DNA of 64,000 bases from Balanoglossus misakiensis (taxonomy: Eukaryota; Animalia; Hemichordata), in NCBI GenBank assembly GCA_040954595.2, contig CM082596.2:9196461-9260460 (forward strand). The letters are read 5' to 3'. Below the pieces are notes generated by a model. That model had not been told where the DNA came from. It worked only from the letters and a program-made list of their open reading frames with translations, and did not search any database. Position 1 is the first letter of the stretch; each line of letters begins with the position of its first letter. The translations under genes and the position numbers were made by a program. Positions 12,096 to 26,004 of this stretch are shown here, piece by piece.

Positions 12096-14002
12096 TTACA
12101 TGTAAATCCATGTATGTTGTGTTTGGTTGAACCTGAATCTATAACAAGTTGCTTCCCTCTTTCGTATTTACTCTCTATGTCAAGCGTCGTGTTCCAGAAT
12201 AGCCCTTCTATTTAGTATGTAAAAGTCCCTTGACTCGGTAAGCAGCAACTTGTTAGAGTTTTATATAGTTGACGAAGATTTTTGGACCTAGTTTGTTAAC
12301 ATTGCCAGTTCGCAGTCTGTCAGGGGAGATTCCTCGACAGTCAGTGCCAAGTGATTGCTCAAAAGGGTCAGGATTTCTGTTTATTTTCATTGGCTGCGAG
12401 GTGTTATACCTGCTTATATTCCTTATTTATCACTATAACATTGTAGATAATACACACACAAACTTCATTTTAATGTCGATTGGGTTTATTACGACGTTGT
12501 CAATTGCTAATGTAATTCTTTGCAATGAAGACATTGGTCAAATGTTACATTTAATGCTGGGGTGTCCTTTTTCGTAGTCGATTGCAACATAAGGATGATA
12601 CCACTATGAATTGCTCATGTTCTAGAATTTTAATTAATTTTATGCCTCCTAAGGTATGCATTAAACATGAGACAATGTGTACAATAGGTTTTTCTTTGGG
12701 TGAAATTTGGGGTTTTAACAATGCTTTCGGCTTTCAGAGTACATTACAATGACGCTGTTGTCACTTTAAGGTAGTAAGCCTGAGCACCTCGGGAACAGAT
12801 TTTCACAAAATTGATAGTCTTCACAACCTTTCAATTCTACGTGATAAAGTATGTGAGGAGTCTTTTTTATAAACATCTGAGAACACTGAGTGTGCACCTT
12901 CTTGTTTTCATAAAAATCACGTCTTTAAATTTAATGTGTCCATAGAGTTAACACAGATTTTGGTGGCCAGTTTTAAAGCTGTTTTTTTTTTGCCATTTTG
13001 GGTAAGAACTTCTTCTCTGAAACCGCTTGATCAATTACTTTGAAATTTGCTATTCAGGTACCGAGATCACCTTTTCTCTCTGTAGAAAACCATACTGACA
13101 TGTTCAGTAATAACACCGTGTTTTACTAACTTGGATAATTTACAATGTGAATAACATTTTTTCTGAAAATCTGCTCAAAATGACACTGGAGAAATTATTA
13201 AGTTCAATTGACAACATACGATCTAAAAATGTATCTTAAATTGTTATTTAGTTGCTTTTACAAAGTAATCATTGTGGTAGAAAAGCTCAGGATTAGCATC
13301 TTCCGTATTGATTTTCAATTTCAACAAAAGTTGACAACATTCTTCCAGGAAGTCGTCATGCAAGTCTTGTGGTATCCACCTAAGTTGACTGAGTAATGGT
13401 TTAAGATAACCTGGTGAAAGAAAATAATTATGAACAAAAATAAATACAATCTTGAATTTTATGCATTTTTTCTCTAATTTGTTGCCTAATTTGTTTTAAT
13501 TACGTCTGAACCGCTCGCTTTCTAAAACTTTTATGTTTACCCTTGGAGATAAACTCGCTGTAAGCCTTATATTTAATATGGCGATCTCAACATGTAAACA
13601 CACAAAAATAAATCAAACGCGAGTGGTTCGGACGTTAGGACAAGTTAAATGCATCATATTTGGAGTCGGTTAGGAGGCAGAAGTAGACAGGGAAACGATT
13701 TTGCTTTGATAAAATCTAATTTCGACCGAAAAAGCTGCGGTCCGGATCCGGACCGCAGAAGCACCAGTTTTTTCTATGGCGCCTTGCAGGGCTGTGGTGG
13801 AGGCCGTGTAACGCCGGAAACACACAGACCTGTACGCAGGGTTACACGACACCCAACTGGGTACAACCACCGTGAAAAAAGATGCAACTCAGAGCAAAAC
13901 TGCCGGTACTACAGACACTTCAAATTCTACCGAAGTACACGTGTCCTTCGCGACAGACAATACGCGTGAGAAATGCCCTCCCTTGAACGGACCCTTCTCT
14001 TG

Positions 14003-17000
14003 ACATTTCGCCTTCCCAGTTACAAACGCGAAGTCAATCGAAATTGACGTTCTCATCGGAGCCGATCAGTATTGGAACTTTGTAGGGAACCACATCGTTC
14101 GCGGAGCAGGCCCGACTGCCGTTTCGTCCACGTTCGGCTACTTGCTGTCAGGCCCTATCGAAAAGGGCGGGAAAACGGACTCTGACTTTCACGTACTCCA
14201 TGCAAACGCCGAAACGCTCATCGCTGAAGACGCCATCCGCAACTACTGGGACTTAGAGCTCATCGGAGTGAAACCAGAAACGCGAGAGAACGAAAACACT
14301 GACTTTGAAACATATCGCGACACACACCTACGTGTTGAACACAGTAAATATGTCGCTAGTTTACCGTGGAAGATTGATCACTCACCGTTGCCTAGCAACT
14401 ACTCTACAACGGAAAGCCGCACGCGTGCCATGGTCCGCCGTTTGTCACCCGAGCTGACAAAACATACGATGACATTATTTCTGATCAAGTTCGCCGCGAT
14501 TTCGTCGAAAAGGTCGACATCGACAACAAAACCGAAGGACATTATCTACCCCACCGCGCAGTCAAGAAAGACTCTGTCACCACCCCAATTCGCATCGTGT
14601 ACGACTGCAGCGCAAAGCAAGGTCCAGATTCACCGAGTTTGAATGACTGTCTCCAAACCGGACCTTCTCTGATAAACGATTTACCCGGTATATTGCTGCG
14701 ATTCCGCGCCAATCGTGTCGCCTTTACTAGTGATATCGAAAAGGCCTTCTTAAATATCCGCCTCGAAGAAGAAGAACGCCTATACACCAAATTTCTTTGG
14801 TTGTCGGACATTCGTGACCCCGAAAGCAACTTTGATGTGTATCAGTTCAAATCGGTCCTTTTCGGAGCGGCATGCTCGCCGTTTATTCTTTATTCAAAAC
14901 TCACCTAGAGAGTAACACTCCCACGCCCACAGCAGCTGACTTGAAGCGCAACATTTATGTCGACAACGTGATCGACTGCGCTGACTCTGATGAAAACACG
15001 GTTTCCTATTTCAATGAAGCTAACCGACTCATGCAGTCATGCGGGTTCAAACTACGCGCTTGGTCGTCCAACAGTTCACAGTTACGCGAACTCGCTGAAC
15101 GGGACAATATCGCTGATCCCTCAACAGACGTGTCCTTACTCGGATTACGCTGGAAACCCGAGACCGACACGGTAACTTACACAAAGCACGATGAGACACC
15201 GGTTCCCACCGCGCTAACGACAAAACGTGATGTTGTTAGTTCCGCGGCTAAATTGTTTGACCCACTTGGTTTTCTCGCCCCAGTTCATGTCAGAGCGAAA
15301 CTCTTTGTTCAGTCGCTATGGAAACGCGGTCTCCCTTGGGACGAGCCACTCGACGCTGATCTGATTTCACAGTGGACTCGAATCGCCAATGATCTGAATA
15401 CTGTACGGGACACTACAGTACCACGCCAATATTTCTCGAAAAATCGAAGTGGCGATGACTACGAACTACACGTTTTCGTAGACGCCAGCGCAACTGCGTA
15501 CGGAGCAGTAATTTATCTTCGCGACCCACGAACGCGTGAGACTTCTATCATAATGGCCAAAACACGGGTCGCGCCTATGTCCGACTTGACTTTACCACGG
15601 TTAGAATTGATGGCCGCCGTGATCGGTACTCGCCTGAGCAAATTCGTCGTAAACGCACTCTCCGACAAGATCAATATTACGGAACGATATCTCTGGTCGG
15701 ACAGTCAAATCGTCCTTTATTGGATCAACAGTGAGAAAAAACTACCCGTCTTCGTGAACAACCGCGTAAAGGAAATCAACCGTTTTTCTCACTCCTACAA
15801 ATACTGCCCCACCGGTAACAATCCCGCTGATCTGTTAACACGCGGAATCAGATCAGACGAACTCGCCAATTCTACTTTATGGTGGAATGGCCCTACTTGG
15901 CTGAAAGAATCCGGTGAATGGCCGATTTGTGACCTATATGATAGCTCTGTACACCACGTCGCGGCAACAGACGACTTCATGGTTCGCGCTCACATAGAAA
16001 CTAATCCGCAGATCGATGATAGAATGCAAGATGTTGACCGCGCTCATAATCAAACTTCTGATAACGCTGCCTCGCCTACCGCGGAAAATACTCCCGAAGA
16101 GGAAATGGGCATCCAACGCGCCATAGACATTTCGCGCTTCAGCTCATTAGGCAAACTGTTGCGAGTTACCGCGTACGTGCTACGTTTCATATCGCGTCTG
16201 AAACGAACGGAAATCACACCGTCTGGAGAAATCACGCCAGACGAAATACGGCATGCAGAACGGATGTGGATCAAGGATGTACAAACCGAAGTCTACGGTG
16301 ACACTATTCACTCCGTGAAGATGAACGCAAAGAAATACGGACCGTTAATTCATCAACTGAATTTATTCCTCGATGATGAAGGCATACTTCGATGCGGTAG
16401 CCGTATACACAACACTACGTTAGACTTTGTAACAAAGTTTCCAGCTTTGTTGCCGACTCGTCATGAATTGACTAAACTGATCGTTCTGAAAGCGCACGGA
16501 CGAGTTCTACACGGTGGTGTCCAATCAACTGTCACACAAATACGTCAACAGTATTGGATACCTAAAATACGTCGAATCGTCAGCAGCGTTCTCCGTCGCT
16601 GTGTCACGTGTCTCAAGATAGACGGAAGACCCTACACCAGCCCGGTTCAGGCACCGTTGCCTACATATCGCGTAAACGTTACTCCACCCTTCTGCGTGAC
16701 AGGAGTAGATTTCACGGGAGCACTCCTGACCAAAACAACTGATGGTAAACACAAGAAAGCCTACGTGTGTCTCTTTACCTGTGCAGTTACGCGCGCGATA
16801 CACCTAGAATTGGTACCCGATTTGACCACTAAATCATTCATATTCGCGTTCCGTCGTTTCGCGGCGAGAAGATCTCTCCCAAGTCGCATGTTATCCGACA
16901 ACGCGTCTACATATATCTCTGCAGCCGAAGAGATACGCGCATTACTCGACACGCCTGACGTCCAACGCTATCTTTCATCTCAACGCGTCAGTTGGACATT

Positions 17001-17774
17001 TATTCCCAAACGTGCCCCATGGTATGGTGGCTTCTGGGAGCGTCTTATTGGTATCACTAAGAACACTATAAAGAAAGTTCTTGAAGATCTTTCGTCACCT
17101 ACGACGAACTTGTCACAGTAATCACCGAAATCGAGACGGTATTGAACGACCGCCCACTCACTTTCGTGTCTTCGAATGCCGATGATGACATCAGCTTGAC
17201 TCCAAATCACCTGTTGTGCGGCAGACCTCTGACCTCATTGCCATACATCACTGTCTCCGATGAAGAGATCAGAGATCCCTCTTACGGAAACCACTGCGAT
17301 CTGAACAGACGCTATGAACATTTGTCGAATCTCCAAAACCAATTCTGGAAGAGATGGTCGACTGAGTACCTGACAGCCTTACGTGAGCGTCACTCCGCTT
17401 CCGGTCTCAAGAACAATGTCATTAAAGTTGGTGACGTCGTCATTATTCACAGTGACACCGACCGTAGATTGAAATGGCAACTCGGAACTGTGAGAAGACT
17501 TGTCTACGGCGGTGATAAACTTGTGCGGTCAGCGGAAGTCTCCACTGCCAGAGGACACACTAACCGCCCCATACACAAATTGTACCCGCTGGAGGTGGCA
17601 TCGCAGGAACTGTCGTCATCTACGTCGTCTACGGACTTTGATCCCCATGGAAACGAGGACATCACACGGAATGCCACCACAGAGGAATCCAATGATCCGC
17701 CCACGCCCATCCCTAGGAGATCGACCAGAGATGCGGCCATTGCAGCGAGGATCAGAATTTCTGACACTGTGTAG
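14003..17774 (+). pseudogene. pol: BEL/Pao pol polyprotein (RT-RNase H-integrase) broken into four ORFs
   Basis: ORFs 14142-14642, 14597-14908, 14872-17121 and 17142-17774 join through frameshifts at ~14460, ~14890 and ~17083. The protease core is missing relative to the 41608-41933 segment of copy 2. Confidence 0.9.
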
Positions 17775-17915
17775 ACATTCAACACAACTTGACACTTTAT
17801 TGACTCTAGTCAAATTTTCATTGCATCAGAGTTCACTCAACATCGATTGAGCCTTTGCGATTTTCTGTTCTTTTAGATTTAGACTTTCTGATGACTTTTT
17901 TCGGCGGCGGGAGAA

Positions 17916-18256
17916 TGTCGGAGAACAAATAACTGTTATTTGAACATTCTATAGTATACCCAAATCCTTGCATCGCTATGCGGATCCTGATAGAGATCAC
18001 TTTGGGCCAATCAGGCACTTTCATTACTACGCCCAATCACACTTCGAGTTCACCCCCTCTATGTAGCAATTTGTGCTTGTTATTACGTCCGCCTCATGTT
18101 CCTTTGCAACATTGAAAATTTTCTCATCAGTTGGGTTCTAGCGGTTCAGTAGTCAACACCGGCTATTACTGCAATAAACGTGCCTTTTGCACTTTACGTT
18201 GGTCGTCCGTGTCAGACATCATTTAAGGAACCTTGTTCATCTAAAATACCGCAACA
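17916..18256 (+). repeat. 3' LTR (341 bp, TG...CA) of the BEL element
   Basis: Preceded by the purine-rich PPT GGCGGCGGGAGAA; starts TGTCGG, ends GCAACA, contains AATAAA; matches 63262-63602 in reverse complement. Confidence 0.92.
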
Positions 18257-19997
18257 AATTTAAGTGTAAGGGTAGCCTGTTTAAAATCAGATTAATATAC
18301 AACGGCTCAGACGTTTTACATCTTCTTTCACACTTCATTCATCTCATGCTTTTTAAATACTTTTACAGTTTAGCTGCGTGGTTGTGTCCCACAGTTTTTC
18401 ATGAAAGTCTATTGAGACGTTGCTATGTTGAATTGCCACCACTGTTATTGATCAGATTGGTGTATGACTTCTATTTCACCAACACCAGAGGAGTACAACA
18501 CTGAAGTGATGGACTTACTGGAGCAGTTTGCAAAGAACGAAAAATTGGAATCACGGATACGACATCTGGACTTAGAATAGTGCATGTGAAAAAGAACAGA
18601 AATGCCTGCATGTAGACTTGATGACACACGTTTGTGTGACATGTACATTCTTTAGACACTTATGAAAATTGAAGCAGTACGAAAGTGACAGCGAGTGTTG
18701 GTGTTAAAATTTTTGTCTGGCACACTGCAGTGTTACTCATTATTTATTTCCCAAAAGATTGTTCTACTGAAGAAGTACATTTGAAATAGTGTTACGTCTT
18801 GTCCGGTTGGTACTCTAACTTTGCGGTAGCAAAGAGGTGTGCTGGATCTACCAAAGTAGAGACTCGTTGAGACTCGAAGTAGTGGGAGTCAGAAGGTTTT
18901 ATTTCTGGTGCAAAGGCGTTACAACACACGGTTGTCTGCAAGATGGTTGTTCTACTCAAAGCAAGAAATTACAGAGTTTATATGTCTTTGAGAAAGAAGA
19001 GAAATCAAAGATTCATCATAGCGTGATCCTCATTGTCCAATTACAACTTTACAACGCATCGGCATATTCTTGATTGTCCAATTACAAAATTATTACACAC
19101 TGAAATATCCTGCGGATTGGATGTCAGTCTCAAAGAAGATATTATCTCTGTCAAGATCACGACCAACTGAAGGTGATCAAATACAAGGACTAGCAACCAT
19201 CATATACAAACACCTCCTCCCTCGTATTTCAATAAAGTAAAGGTACATTACGCAAAAGATGTAATTAAACTCATTCGTTGATTGAAATTCGCAGGTCTCA
19301 ATATTTGTAAGATACTTGATATTTGTAAGGTAATAAAATGTTGTGACTATAAACTAATGTCTTACCTAAAGGTATTTGACCTCTATACACGGAATTACTG
19401 ATATAACTGGAAATTAATCATAGAAATTACAATTCTTTAATGCCAATCGAATTCTTCAATTTTCCAATTTCTATATATCGTAACAATAGCATGGCTTATG
19501 TGGAGTGTACTAAAGATAAGACCAAAAATGTGATATTACTGTTATCACCATATTTTTCACAAACTCAGCTAGCTACATGTAAACATAATATTGTACAAGA
19601 CTCGTTTTGTTTTGTAGAGGTAAAGTTCAATAGAGGCTTTTGAAGAAAAATATTAAGTTTTTTAATTACACTTAAAAGTTGTGCAATATGTTTTAGCATC
19701 ATGGTTTTGAATAAAATGGATTGATATGGTATTGTAGTGAATTGTTGTGTCTGAAATTTCTCGAGAATTCCAATAGAAAACAAATGGTTTATTACCAATC
19801 TCGTAGCTTCATTAGACTTGAGTAATACCTAGGTAAACTCAGGGTAAACTGCCATAGAATTTTCATATACAGCTCCTGCAGAATATATGAATGAATAATA
19901 ACTTTTTTGCATACATAGATGTCTACTCTCATCAGTGTGATTATCGCAGCTTGCTGGTGAAGGAGTTTTCCATCAAACCATGGTGGGCAACTGCATG

Positions 19998-22900
19998 TCA
20001 GAATTCCGTACAAACATCTGAAAATATATAGATAAACATGAAAGAACGTTCATTATGACAGTTTATCTTTCCATTCATAATTAAAGTCAAATCAACCTCA
20101 TCTGCTCTATCTGATGCATATGTTTTTTAGTTTTGATGTCACCCTTTTCCCCCGATTTTCCTGTGGCCGACGTACCTGATTCCTTTACGCTGCATATTTT
20201 GTAAACTTGATTGCCCCAGGGACCTCCAGTCTCTGGGTCACAGTTATTAATTGGACCATACATGGTATATGTACTTTCAGCATCCGCAGTAGATGCACAC
20301 CATCCTCCATGTTGGATGGCGAACACTGTGAATCCGCGACACCATGCAGCAGCCATGCACTTTTCTAACGGGTCAGTTCTTTCAGTGTAGAGAAGATCAA
20401 GTCTGTCATCCTTTCCCTCTAATGTTTCTATGGCTCGTATTTCTGTATCTCTCCAACACCCGAGATCCACTAAATTCATAGCTACAAAAATAAAATAATC
20501 ATGGTCAGTAAAGTCCGCTACCTTTCATTCATGAACATACCCTGGGAGTAATTAATTAAACAAACGATTCACATTACCTGTACAAAGATCAATACAATAT
20601 CAATACAGTGTTAAGCTCACTCCTTCTGAAACAACTACCATAATCTTTTATTGATTAAAATATGCTATGTGAATATGTCATTGTGAACTGAGTAAACACA
20701 GTACAAAATGGGGGCTTGGGATAATTAAGACTTGAGTAGATTGGAACATTTTGACTTACTTCGATTCAAAGTTCTAGGCGTGAAACCGTTGCACGAAGCA
20801 ACTCTTTCCGTAGCATTCGCTGCATCAAACCAATACCAATTGGCGCCTTCGGCCGGATTCACATCCCAACAAATCATATTGTAATCATAGCAATTTAGCT
20901 GTGACAAATCTAGCATGACTTGGTTATTTGCAAGTGTGACTGATGTAGATGGTGCAACTGTTTCTTCACTCCTGCCCATCGCTATGATAGCTTCTACATC
21001 TGTAACTTTGGGTAATGCTCTGCCGTCGAAAGGCTTGTCCTGACCAAGTGTGACGGTGACTTGGAACAGCTCATGGTTGTATCCAACAATTTTGCCAGTG
21101 TTGACATCGCCCGTTTCCAGGGAAAATGAAAAATTGTAAGTTCGGTTCTGTCCGAATATAGCCCATATATGTTCACCATCATGGATTATAGCTGCAGTTG
21201 CTTTGTCGATGCTTACTGAAAATACACAAAAGGATTAGATGGTGCAAATTTGTTCTTTCTTTTCTGTAAATTATTCCTCCTGAATTCACGAGTCGCAAAA
21301 AGACGTTTTATAGTTAATGTCACCAGACAGACAGACAGAAAAATGAAGTGAAAGAAATTTCAGCCATACAATGTGATTTTCAATTTAAACACAGGAGTTG
21401 GAGTGGACATGGCATTGGAGGATGAAGACGTGTGCAGGATACATTCAGAAGGGTTAACTGTACCTTTACATTGGTTGAAAGGAATACATGCAGTAATACG
21501 ATCATCTTCATGCCACATCCAGTTGCTCCCAGTTGCTGGTGTCACATCCACGCATGCATAGCTGTATTCATGACATCCCAAGCCAAGAAGACCATAGTCT
21601 GCATAAACAATATTCATGTCCCCTGTGGAACAGCCAGGGCAGATGTGTACTGTGTGGTCAGTGGTTACTGATGCATTAACCTTCAGAAAAGCAGATCCTC
21701 CATCGACGTCATTTGCTATGTACACTTTGAAATCGAACAAGGAGCTGATGGCGCCTGAAAATGCTGCTGTGAATGTTTCCATGGCAATGTTGACGTCCAA
21801 TTGAAAGGTGAGATTCCTACCCATGTTTACATCCAATGTTTGGTTATCATGTTGTTTCAGGCCAATTCTTCCATTTAGCTGATCTAAAATCAAATTCAGT
21901 TATTGAGGTTAAGGCAAACTAGATGTGAAGTACTTACTGTATTTAACCATTGGATTTGGATAAAACATTTTGAACCTGCTTTGAAACATAACATGAAGTG
22001 TTAACCATATTGCAATGTGGATATCTGGCATTTGTGTATAGCTCATCTTGCTTCTCTTGAGTGAGGATATCTGGTTGCTATACGGGTTTAGGAGCAAGGT
22101 AAGTATAAAAGTGGGTAACTAGATAACTAATTCTGAAGCAAGGGATTACACATAATTGTATTAAAGGTACTTTTGGCCTGGTAACTTCTAGAAGAATAAT
22201 CGACTTTACATCGGCTAAAGCGATGCATTACCTGTAGTTTTCAGTGTAATACTAATATGAAACAGATTCTCATTCTTGCTTACGTTTACACCTCTGGATA
22301 TTTGAGCAGGCTGTTCCGCTGGCCAGAAAGTCACACGGGTCATCATTTGTAGATGGTGCAATTAAGTTTAAACAAAGCTGATTGTTCTCATGGCAGGTGA
22401 GACCGCTCAGATTAAGTCTAACATGTATGTGTCGAATGGTGACAGATGTTAACCGACATGCATGGTCACTAAGCAACTGAGCAGACAATAATAAAGGCAG
22501 AAGTATATAGCCAGTAATCCCCTCTCCAAGCAGTTCCCTCTTTGGAGGTCCAAACTCACCTCGGGAAACAATGGATATAGGCAAAACTATATTGTGGAGA
22601 AAGGCTTAAAAGTTTCAAATGTTGCAAGCCACACTCTACTCTCACAATTTGAGACAAATCCCATTCCATAACCATTCGGAAAATAAATCACTTATCCAAT
22701 TCTTGGGGCCGGGCGTACAAAGGAAACAAATTCCCTCCACTGACAGTTAATGAAGACTTATGGTACTGGGCGCCTATGTACTGTACTACTTCAACTTGAA
22801 AATAAATTAAAAATTCTGTACATATACGACATTGACAGTTGTAATAAACCTAGATAAGCATATGTGAAGCTTAAAAAAGTGTGACAGTACCAATTGCAAA

Positions 22901-24422
22901 ATGCAACCTTTCATTCTATTATATCGTGAATAATGATCTACAATTCTATAGTGATACGTACGTCACGGATATATAAGAAAGGTTTAGTTACACGTAAATA
23001 CGCGGACGACTGACGGCAGGCAGCTAGTGGCGTTCGCGTATGTGTAGCGACGCGTGAATTTTGCGGATTAGTTGTCCGTTTTGAATAACAAAAATATTTA
23101 TAAACAATGGAAAATTCAAATATTTTTCACTTCCATAAATTTTGTGTGTGATGAATATTCTCTAAGACCACCACCCTTGGAATAAGTTTCTTGACTGCAG
23201 TGGAAATATAGTTTAGTGAAGTTTTCCGATGTCTTTATCGAGGCGTCCACTGAAAACTTAACATCCATTGGGAATAATTTTTTGTGTTCATGTTTTTAAA
23301 ACACCAAATACCGCCGGTTTTAGCACATATGGCAGAATTTTTTTTCAGATTACATGGATGCTGGCTACATCACAATTGCACCTCAGAGATCAATGGCTCA
23401 AATTAAAGAGAGAACATCGAGAAATTCCGAATAAATGTTACACGTAATCATGATTACGCGTAGAAGCGTCGCTTACCGTTCCGAACGTCTGCTCTACACG
23501 TACGCGACGTCTGCTTATCACGTGACAACGACGCTACGCGTACTGATCAAACGTATTTACGTGTAACTAAACCTCTCTGATATCACTCGAACGTCAAAAC
23601 CATATAGTCATTGTTTTCTACAAATCGCAACATACCTGTACAGGTACTTTTACTTGCGCCTTCCTGAACTAAACAAATTAAATGAACATTAACATTCATA
23701 TTAGTCATGATAATTGCGAGAGTGGATCTTAGTGTATTATGTCAAAGCTAGAAATCATCTGTCCAAGATATTTGGCCACTAACTAGACAGGCTAAATACA
23801 TGCAGGCAAGACTAATTTCCATCACTGTGGGCACTGTAATTTTTATCGAAAATGCATATGGATGAAAAACCAAAGAATCAACACAGTTGTTATTTGCTAA
23901 CACTTCAAAACTGTATGATTCCTTTCATCTGGCTCAAAAACCTCATGATTGTTAACTAAACCACGCAGTTTTGAGCTTCATGTACCAATCAATGTAATGG
24001 TCTGTATTTCTATGTATACCATACACTACTACAATAAAGCAAAACCCTTGGCATACCAATGACGCAACAAGAAATAAAATATTGAATAGTCTCAGTGAAA
24101 AAAAACATCATTTCATACATTCGGTAGTGTTTAGTTTTCATAAACTGAATTTTACTTACTTAAGTACTTGTACACGGTTCCTATTGATGCCACAGCACCC
24201 ATAATTGACAGTGCAACTATGATTGCCAGGATGGCTCTTCGTCTTTTTGTTTCCGATGTCTTTTTCACCTAAATCGCAGTTGAGATTATTATGCTGCACA
24301 GCAACACAATACTAGGAGCATTGACATAACTCTATTTTTGAATGAAATGACAATGAAACATTGAAAATATCTCCCGTGCAAAAGAATCTTACCTCGTCCA
24401 AGTGCGGAGATACCTTCGCCAT
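19998..24422 (-). pseudogene. Type II membrane / WSC-like gene, copy 2; a 520-bp deletion removes the acceptor and 5' part of exon 4
   Basis: Same exons as copy 1; the junction ggtgacaga|tgttaacc at ~22446 corresponds to loss of 7123-7642. Confidence 0.75.
22976..23578. mobile_element. MITE (duplicate of 8166-8768)
   Basis: Same TIRs and flanks as 8166-8768. Confidence 0.85.
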
Positions 24423-25532
24423 TTCTCTCTGACGATTATTCACTTGTTCTGCGGTCTGTGTAAGAAGTGGTCAATTTTATGTCTGCACGAGCTGATAGAT
24501 ATTTTCTATTCTGCACATCCCAAAGGAACTGCTCTGATATCTCCAAGCCAAAGCTTATTATAATTCATTTTTTGTGTCGACGAAAGTGCGGGACTCTGAA
24601 GTTTCTTGTGGGATTAGGAAGCCGACAGGGGTTCATTCTCAATGTTATTTAAGTTCCATTAACTGTAACTGTTGGCGATATTTTCAGTGCTTAAGTTCGA
24701 TGTAACAACGGCTAACACAAAAATTTAAAAGCAACTAGCTAATCCTTATCCTGTAGAGCCCCTCTGGTTATAAAAAAAGACATTTGAAATGCTTCATTCA
24801 ACTACCACAGCCCTAACCATCAATAGGTAGAATTGTATTCAAAAGAATCTTAATCTGCTATTTTTCAAAAACATTTTCTGTATGCCTACTGGTATTATTT
24901 TCTGCCGAGTCAAAGAAAACCCGGTGCAGCGTGTTGGCACAGACTCTGGACAGAGCGTTTAAGTTGACAAATTTTTACCAACTTTTAAATGGAAACTGTC
25001 ATGAACAAGATTCGAACTAAAGCCTCTAGAGCTGCCAAATTTGACATATTGATTTTCCTCAATGAAATACTTCAAATGTATTCCCTATCCTCTAAAATCT
25101 TCACCATTAAGCCAGATTAGTTGCATTTGCATCAGTTTGTCATCTCCTGGCAACGCATACCATGATAGCTCCGTACTGTTTGTATGGAGGCTGATTAAAT
25201 CAGTGTGGCACCGTTTTAATACATAGCGTGTTCCAATTGCAACATACAGTCACAATCGGGCATCGATAAGGTGTTCATGTATACATTTCAGTAAGCGTAT
25301 TTAGATTGATCAATTTAAGTTGGACAATAAAATCATGAAAATAATGCAAAAAGTGGCAGCTCTAGAGGCTTTAACTACAAATAAGATTAGTTTACATCTC
25401 ACTTTTCCACTTTATTATTTTTGGGCCCTCATTCATCTTTCAAACGCTATCCGAAGTACATGTACTTATTTCAAAATGTTTATAGAAAAAGAGCAGGAGT
25501 AGTATAGGTTGGAGCCGTAGCACTCGGATTTG

Positions 25533-25860
25533 GGGAGGAGGATGAGGAGGATGAGGAGGAGGAGGAGGAGGAGGAGGAGGAAGAGGATGAGGAGGATGAG
25601 GAGGATGAAGAGGATGAGGAGGATGAGGAGGATGAGGAGGAAGTGGAGGTGATGTTGGGAGGAGGCAGAGGAGGCAGTGGAGGTGATGTTGGGAGGAGGT
25701 GATGAGAGGCGAAGGAGGCCTATCACCCATGAGGTAGACAACCCTAAATGTTGGGAGGAGGCAGAGGAGGCGATGAGAGGCGGAGGTGTATCACCCCCTA
25801 AGGTAAGGAACCCTAAATGTTGGGAGGAGGCGGAGGCGGAGGAGGCAGTGGAGGCGATGA
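25533..25860 (+). repeat. Purine-rich (GAG/GAT)n tract plus repeated ATGTTGGGAGGAGG / AACCCTAAATGTTGGGAGGAGG motifs
   Basis: Directly visible; duplicated at 33293-33620. Confidence 0.9.
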
Positions 25861-25888
25861 GTGGTAGCCCTTTCCCTATTTGAGACTG

Positions 25889-25896
25889 TATAAAAG
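25889..25896 (+). promoter_or_regulatory. TATA box of the ANKRD9-like gene (also at 33649-33656)
   Basis: Consensus TATAAAAG about 110 bp upstream of the ATG at 26005. Confidence 0.55.
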
Positions 25897-26004
25897 GCTA
25901 GCCCTGCATGACCATCGTTCTCTTGGGCGTATTGTGGATATGGTCAATGCGCATTTTTAACGAACATCGTCGAGATCAGAGGATTGCTTTCACGATTCGA
26001 CCAA

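Larger units (their letters stand above)
2959..14002. repeat. Segmental duplication unit A (paralogous to 18263-25497 plus 38790-41608)
   Basis: Near-identical sequence from agtgtaagggtagcc (~2960 vs ~18263) to gagcagg (10687 vs 25497). Identity resumes at acaggtgtcc (11181 vs 38790) and runs to ccttctcttga (~14002 vs ~41608). The ORF track repeats accordingly. Confidence 0.95.
13800..18256 (+). mobile_element. BEL/Pao LTR retrotransposon, 5'-truncated, with frameshifted pol and intact 3' LTR
   Basis: RT motifs (SLNDCLQTGP, DIEKAFLNI, FGAACSPF, IYVDN); Pao-type RNase H (LHVFVDAS..AYGAVIYLR, LTLPRLELMAA, WSDSQIVL); integrase (H..LHGG..CVTC, GVDFTG, SDNAS, GGFWERLIG); C-terminal FWKRWSTEYL region; PPT then LTR. 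The 5' boundary is approximate. Confidence 0.95.

Noticed and set aside
14542-17813. Minus-strand and alternative-frame ORFs over BEL pol and over the ANKRD9-like gene
   Set aside because: Shadow ORFs of GC-richer coding sequence with no independent motifs.
22270-22584. 104-aa ORF unique to gene copies 2 and 3
   Set aside because: Chance fusion of intron sequence to the remnant of exon 4 by the 520-bp deletion; non-ATG start, and the nearest cryptic acceptors are in the wrong phase.
25440-25883. Pro/His-rich, Leu-rich and Glu-rich ORFs (also 33200-33643)
   Set aside because: Translations of the (GAG/GAT)n tract; open in several frames only because of low complexity.
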